Of a DNA stretch of 10,856 nucleotides, positions 6,911 through 10,856 are shown in pieces. The stretch covers positions 1 to 10,856 of the forward strand of contig JAUQYZ020000141.1 in NCBI GenBank assembly GCA_030587475.2, in the 5' to 3' direction. Within the stretch, counting starts at the first letter, position 1. Every line of letters begins with the position of its first letter. The position numbers were made by a program, and so were the translations under genes. This stretch comes from Candidatus Sigynarchaeum calidifontis (GTDB lineage Archaea > Asgardarchaeota > Lokiarchaeia > Sigyniarchaeales > Sigyniarchaeaceae). Under the pieces are notes generated by a model, which ran no database searches, had not been told where the DNA came from, and was given only the letters and a program-made list of their open reading frames with translations.

Positions 6911-8257
6911 TTAATTGCCCTTCTCTGCCGGTTTAGCGGGTTTCTGTTCTGAAGGTTTTAATTTCTTGACAGCCTCGATAGCCTCGGGTTTTGCCTTGAA
7001 AACCAAGTTCCGTTCAGGGGGCTTGTAAACCCTTCCAGGTCTCCTTCCTTGTTGGGGGTAACCCTTCCCTTGCTGTTTTTGTGACCCTGGTTTCTGACCC
7101 GCGGGTTTTTGCGAGGTTGATTGCTTTACTGCGGGCGTTTCCTTCGCAAGCGCGGGTTGTCTCACTGGTTCTACCCCTGCAAGCTTTTCAGGATTGCCGG
7201 TTGCCGATTTTGCAGCGGGCTCGGCCATGACCGGCTCATCATCCGTCCCAGAACCCTCGCTCGTTTCCATTTCTCCCGTTTCCAGGTTATCGAAGCTTTG
7301 CTTCACGGCGTTCAAGGCGAAGTTGACGAGCGCGTTGATGCTTTCAAATCGTTGCTTGTCCTTGATTTCCCCTTCCATCCAGTAGAATAAATCCTCCTCG
7401 ACAGCGATGTTCAAGTGAACGACATCGGACTTGCTGGACACGTCCTCCGCCTTCTTGTTCGCGAGCCAGGCGAAAATATTCCCGACAAGCGTGAAGTTGC
7501 TGGCGGCGAACAAGCCATATATCCTGGAGATCGAGGTGATGATCGAAAAATTGCCGCATGCTACCACCTTGCCCTGCCCATGACGCTTGACAATGATCAA
7601 CGGGCAATCCGGGGCCGGTTCTGGTTGTCCCCATTCCCCGTCCTTCCACAGGTTTCGCATCGCGTGGGGACCAGATTTCACGAGGATCGTGATCCTTTCA
7701 TCCTTGATGTCGATGTCGCACCCCGATGCATACACGATCTGGCTCACTTCCCGGGTGATAAAGTGTCTCGCGGTGATCCGGGGCAGAATATACTCTTGTT
7801 TTTCCGCGTAATCCACCGTGTCAACGATGATCCCGGGAGTGAAGGTAAACCCGAATTCCTTCGCGACATCGTTCAAGTTTGATTTCGCCTTGGCATCGCC
7901 ACCCTCGTCGGCGATCAAGAAAAGGGACCCGCCACTGTTCACGAACTCGACGATTGCCTTTATCTCCGTTTCCTCGATCTTTCCTTCTTGTGGGCTACCT
8001 ATCACGAGCACTTGATAGTCGCAAAGCTTCTGCCAGGAGATCCAGGTCTCGATCTTGCCGAGGCGGTACCCTGATCGAAACAACATGTCAACCAGGCCTT
8101 CGTGCTGGACTTGTTCGATGACGAGCTTCTCCTTGTGTCCTTGGGCAAAGCATATAGCGACGGACTCGGGCTTTTCTTCGCTTATCATTGAAGATGCCAA
8201 CGATTGATGGGTTAATGTTGGAGTAGATCGCTCTGGGATAACAAGCTTCCTTGACAT
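6911..8257 (-). CDS. GIFT (GldG/IFT52-like, DUF4350-like) domain plus predicted ribbon-helix-helix domain plus disordered tail (448 aa; alternative start 8188)
   Basis: YQVLVIGSP...EIKAIVEFVNSGGSLFLIADEGGD....NLN.....FG, IVYASGC, GQGKVVACGN, N..L..NIFAWL fit the GIFT/class-I GATase-like fold. HLNIAVEEDLFYWMEGEIKDKQRFESINALVNFAL fits a beta-alpha-alpha RHH. No signal peptide or TM segment is apparent. Confidence 0.7.
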   Translation of the reverse strand: MSRKLVIPERSTPTLTHQSLASSMISEEKPESVAICFAQGHKEKLVIEQVQHEGLVDMLFRSGYRLGKIETWISWQKLCDYQVLVIGSPQEGKIEETEIKAIVEFVNSGGSLFLIADEGGDAKAKSNLNDVAKEFGFTFTPGIIVDTVDYAEKQEYILPRITARHFITREVSQIVYASGCDIDIKDERITILVKSGPHAMRNLWKDGEWGQPEPAPDCPLIIVKRHGQGKVVACGNFSIITSISRIYGLFAASNFTLVGNIFAWLANKKAEDVSSKSDVVHLNIAVEEDLFYWMEGEIKDKQRFESINALVNFALNAVKQSFDNLETGEMETSEGSGTDDEPVMAEPAAKSATGNPEKLAGVEPVRQPALAKETPAVKQSTSQKPAGQKPGSQKQQGKGYPQQGRRPGRVYKPPERNLVFKAKPEAIEAVKKLKPSEQKPAKPAEKGN

Positions 8258-8305
8258 AGACCATTATCAGTCATCCATTAAAAGGTTGAGAGCTTGTTTT
8301 CCGTG
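8258..8305. promoter_or_regulatory. Compact divergent promoter with a central TTAAAA/TTTTAA box
   Basis: 48-bp gap; TTAAAA (8278-8283) lies about 21-23 bp from both ATG 8257 (-) and ATG 8306 (+). Confidence 0.45.
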
Positions 8306-9175
8306 ATGAATTTTCGTGAATCGCTCGGCCAGCGGGTGCTTGGCAAGCTTTCGCCGGAAGAAGCGAACGCGCTGCCGCGAGGCTTCCAAACGCTGCAAGA
8401 CGTCGCGATCTTGAACTTGAAGCCAATTTTATGGGAAAAACGGTTCTTGATAGCGGAAGCATTGCTCGATATTTATCCATATATCAAGAGCGTCTGGGGA
8501 AAAATGTTCGGGGAATCTAAAGTGACAGGCCAATTCCGCACGCCAACCGGTCTCGAGCATCTCGCGGGCATACACAAGTCCGAGGTGATTGCCAAGGAGA
8601 ACGGGGTCATCTTCAAGCATGACTTCACCCAAGTGATTTTTTCAAAGGGGAACATCACGGAGCGCTCGTATCTTCCGAAGCTCGTTAAAAATGGCGAACA
8701 CGTGCTTGACATGTTCGCAGGAATCGGATATTTCTCTCTCATGATCGCCAAGCACGCGTTACCCGCGCATGTCGACGCTTGCGAGATCAATCCCGCATCC
8801 TACAAGTACCTCCGCGAAAACATTCGATTGAACGGGCTTGGTCATGTCATTACCCCACACTTCGGCGATTGCGCGGAGATCGTCCCTCGCCTCGTGGAGG
8901 CTGGTTTGAAGGCAGATCGCATCGTCATGGGTGTCTTTCCTCCACCGAAAAAATATTTGCCAATAGCGTTCCAAGCCGTGAATCACGATGCGGGTACGAT
9001 CATTCATTACGAGGGGAAAGTAAGCAATAAAGATACAACCACGCTCCTGGATGACGTGAAGGACGAGGCCAGCAGAACCGGGCTCATTAAAGAAGTTACC
9101 TTGCTTGGATCACGCCTGGTGAAATCTCTTGGCATCCGAAAGCAGCACGGGGTCATCGATGTCTTGGTCAAGTGA
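8306..9175 (+). CDS. taw2: Trm5/TYW2 (Met-10+) family SAM-dependent enzyme, most like Taw2 tRNA(Phe) wyosine aminocarboxypropyltransferase (289 aa)
   Basis: KENG..F..D....FSKGNITER, DMFAGIGYFSL, EINP, ADRIVMG, IIHY are Taw2-type (Trm5 has SPRL..ER, GVGPF, MNLP). No Trm5 D1 domain. ATG 8306 is preferred over TTG 8294. Confidence 0.8.
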   Translation: MNFRESLGQRVLGKLSPEEANALPRGFQTLQDVAILNLKPILWEKRFLIAEALLDIYPYIKSVWGKMFGESKVTGQFRTPTGLEHLAGIHKSEVIAKENGVIFKHDFTQVIFSKGNITERSYLPKLVKNGEHVLDMFAGIGYFSLMIAKHALPAHVDACEINPASYKYLRENIRLNGLGHVITPHFGDCAEIVPRLVEAGLKADRIVMGVFPPPKKYLPIAFQAVNHDAGTIIHYEGKVSNKDTTTLLDDVKDEASRTGLIKEVTLLGSRLVKSLGIRKQHGVIDVLVK

Positions 9176-9194
9176 CACATGCGAGGTCACAAGG

Positions 9195-9578
9195 ATGGTA
9201 GACAAGAACGAGCTCAAGCGAAAGCGCAAAGAGGATTTAATCCAGCTTTTCGCGGAACTGGCAAGGGATCGAGCTCCAATCCTCGTCGAAGGAAAAAGGG
9301 ATCGAGAGGCACTCGTCCGCGGTGGTATAGAGGCCGATCGGATCACCATGCTGCACGGCAAGTCACGGCTAGACATCGAGGAGGCCTTCGCGGAATGTAA
9401 AGATATCATCATGATGTTCGATTATGATGATGAGGGGTTGAAACTGCTAGACGAGTTCAAGGCGATATTTTCGCGCGCAGGTGCCCGAGTGAACACGTGG
9501 TATTGGAGCAAGGTACGGGAAATTTTCAACGGCCACATCGATTGCATCGAGAACTTGCGGGGATATTTCGAGCCATGA
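9195..9578 (+). CDS. Small stand-alone TOPRIM protein (UPF0292 / RNase M5-like), 127 aa
   Basis: ILVEGKRDREAL and IIMMFDYDDEG.KL are the TOPRIM Glu and DxD motifs; SD GAGGT at 9183-9187. Confidence 0.88.
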   Translation: MVDKNELKRKRKEDLIQLFAELARDRAPILVEGKRDREALVRGGIEADRITMLHGKSRLDIEEAFAECKDIIMMFDYDDEGLKLLDEFKAIFSRAGARVNTWYWSKVREIFNGHIDCIENLRGYFEP

Positions 9579-10261
9579 CGCGAAAAGAAAAATCAACATG
9601 TTCCAAGGAGCAATTCTTCCTCGAAAAGCTCCTGGATTGGTTTGGCACGAACCGGCGCGAGTTTCCCTGGCGGGAAGGCCCGATCGACCCGTTCATGTCG
9701 CTCGTCACCGAGCTACTCTTGCAACGAACGCGAGCGGAAACGATCGCGGCGTTTTATCCGGTGATCAAGGAACATCTGTCGACACCGGTAAAGATCCTTG
9801 GCCGCGATGCTGCATTAATCCGCCGAGATCTCGCCATGCTAGGCCTCCAAGAAAGGCGCACGGAGGCCTTGAAGGTCCTCGCTAAGGTAGTGCACGAGGA
9901 GTATGCCGACATCGTGCCCTGCGACGAAAAGAAATTGCTCGAATTGCAAGGCATCGGCCGATACATCGCTCGTGCCGTGCTTTGCTTTGCGTTTGGAAAG
10001 CCGGTTTCCATAGTCGATGGCAATGTTACCCGGCTTTTTTGCCGGTTCTTCAACCTGGAAAATAAAGGCGATAACAGGCGGAACAAGCACATTTGGGAAA
10101 AAGGAGACGAGATCATTTCACGAGATCCACGTCACGTGAAAGAGTTCAACTGGGCGCTCCTGGATTTCGGCGCGAAGATGTGCATCCCGCGCAATCCAAG
10201 TTGCGAATCTTGTTGCTTGAACGAGATGTGCTCCTTTTACAGCAGCGTGAAGGAAAAATAG
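9575..10261 (+). CDS. HhH-GPD [4Fe-4S] DNA glycosylase, MIG (T/G, U/G mismatch) or short-MutY-like (228 aa)
   Basis: RREFPWR, ELLLQRT, HhH LQGIGRYIA, catalytic VDGNV.R, C-x6-C-x2-C-x5-C (CIPRNPSCESCCLNEMC). Tyr replaces the EndoIII lyase Lys; no MutY C-terminal domain. ATGA overlap with the TOPRIM stop sets the start at 9575. Confidence 0.85.
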   Translation: MTRKEKSTCSKEQFFLEKLLDWFGTNRREFPWREGPIDPFMSLVTELLLQRTRAETIAAFYPVIKEHLSTPVKILGRDAALIRRDLAMLGLQERRTEALKVLAKVVHEEYADIVPCDEKKLLELQGIGRYIARAVLCFAFGKPVSIVDGNVTRLFCRFFNLENKGDNRRNKHIWEKGDEIISRDPRHVKEFNWALLDFGAKMCIPRNPSCESCCLNEMCSFYSSVKEK

Positions 10262-10274
10262 GAGAATACCCGCT

Positions 10275-10610
10275 TCACTCGTTCTCGTATTCCTTCCGGG
10301 AAGGGGAGAACACCTCGATGACTTCAGAATCTTCGAGAATAGTAGCACCATGCTTGACATTGCCAGGGATCAAGTAACTGTCACCCGTGACTACCACGTG
10401 CTTCGATTCCTTTGTTTCATACATGAATTCCACCTTTCCTCTGATTACATATCCGATCTGCGCGGCCGGGTGGGAATGCAGCTCGATAATCGATCCCCTC
10501 TTCATGTCAAAGTGACAAATCTGTGCGTCCTTGTTATAACACATCGTGCGACGAAATATGCCCTTGACAGCCTCGACCGGGGCGACCTTGTCCTTGTGCT
10601 TGATTTTCAT
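10275..10610 (-). CDS. Single-domain cupin (Cupin_2, KdgF-like), 111 aa
   Basis: Motif 1 HSHPAAQIGYVIRG, motif 2 GDSYLIPGNVKHG, C-terminal EVFSPSRKEY. Confidence 0.88.
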   Translation of the reverse strand: MKIKHKDKVAPVEAVKGIFRRTMCYNKDAQICHFDMKRGSIIELHSHPAAQIGYVIRGKVEFMYETKESKHVVVTGDSYLIPGNVKHGATILEDSEVIEVFSPSRKEYENE

Positions 10611-10803
10611 GATAAAGACTTGACGCGTTGTTAGTATGGTGGTTCAAGAACGATTCTCTAATGAATTTTCCGGCGACGTCCTCGTGATGGCTCGGACAAG
10701 ATTGATGAAAAAAGGGAGAGAAAAAATTCGGGACTAGCTAGATAATTAAATCGATCTGGCTTTTCTCGACAAATTTCTCTTTTTTATCACCCAACCCCGT
10801 GTA

Positions 10804-10854
10804 TCAGCCAGATTTTACGAGCGAGAGCTCAAGCTTCGTTTGCATGGAGACGTG
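10804..10854 (-). CDS. Possible 3' end of a gene entering from the right edge (...HVSMQTKLELSLVKSG*)
   Basis: Open minus frame from the window edge to TGA at 10806-10804, with minus-strand T6 tracts downstream (10726-10708). Too short to verify. Confidence 0.25.
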   Translation of the reverse strand, partial: HVSMQTKLELSLVKSG

Positions 10855-10856
10855 TC

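Noticed and set aside
144-10634. Remaining antisense and alternate-frame ORFs in the track (e.g. 1146-1727, 1713-2087, 2379-2846, 7415-7882, 9754-10116)
   Set aside because: They overlap well-supported genes and carry no recognisable motifs.
10703-10813. Imperfect A-rich/T-rich inverted repeat and ATCTGGCT/AGCCAGAT pair (10754-10761/10806-10813) as MITE ends
   Set aside because: Low complexity, short arms, no target-site duplication; better explained as terminator or promoter sequence, or chance.

Overview
Archaeal housekeeping-type window, probably from an Asgard/Lokiarchaeia-like genome (inferred from gene families). Gene order: NifU-C/Nfu protein (+); internally deleted NIPA/DMT-like membrane gene and CooC-type Ni-insertion ATPase (-); a structured 374-bp divergent spacer; archaeal-type pheS-pheT (+); bacterial-like nadB and an IFT52/GldG (GIFT)-like domain fused to a ribbon-helix-helix domain (-); Taw2/TYW2, small TOPRIM protein and HhH-GPD [4Fe-4S] glycosylase (+); cupin (-). 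No rRNA, tRNA, CRISPR array or transposase was seen. The three main observations are: (1) a 21-codon, 4-Phe leader ORF followed by mutually exclusive hairpins and a T-tract upstream of pheST, resembling a bacterial pheM-type attenuator; (2) the GIFT-RHH fusion protein; (3) a deletion junction filled with inverted and direct copies of both flanks. All family calls come from motif recognition by eye; no search or folding program was run.
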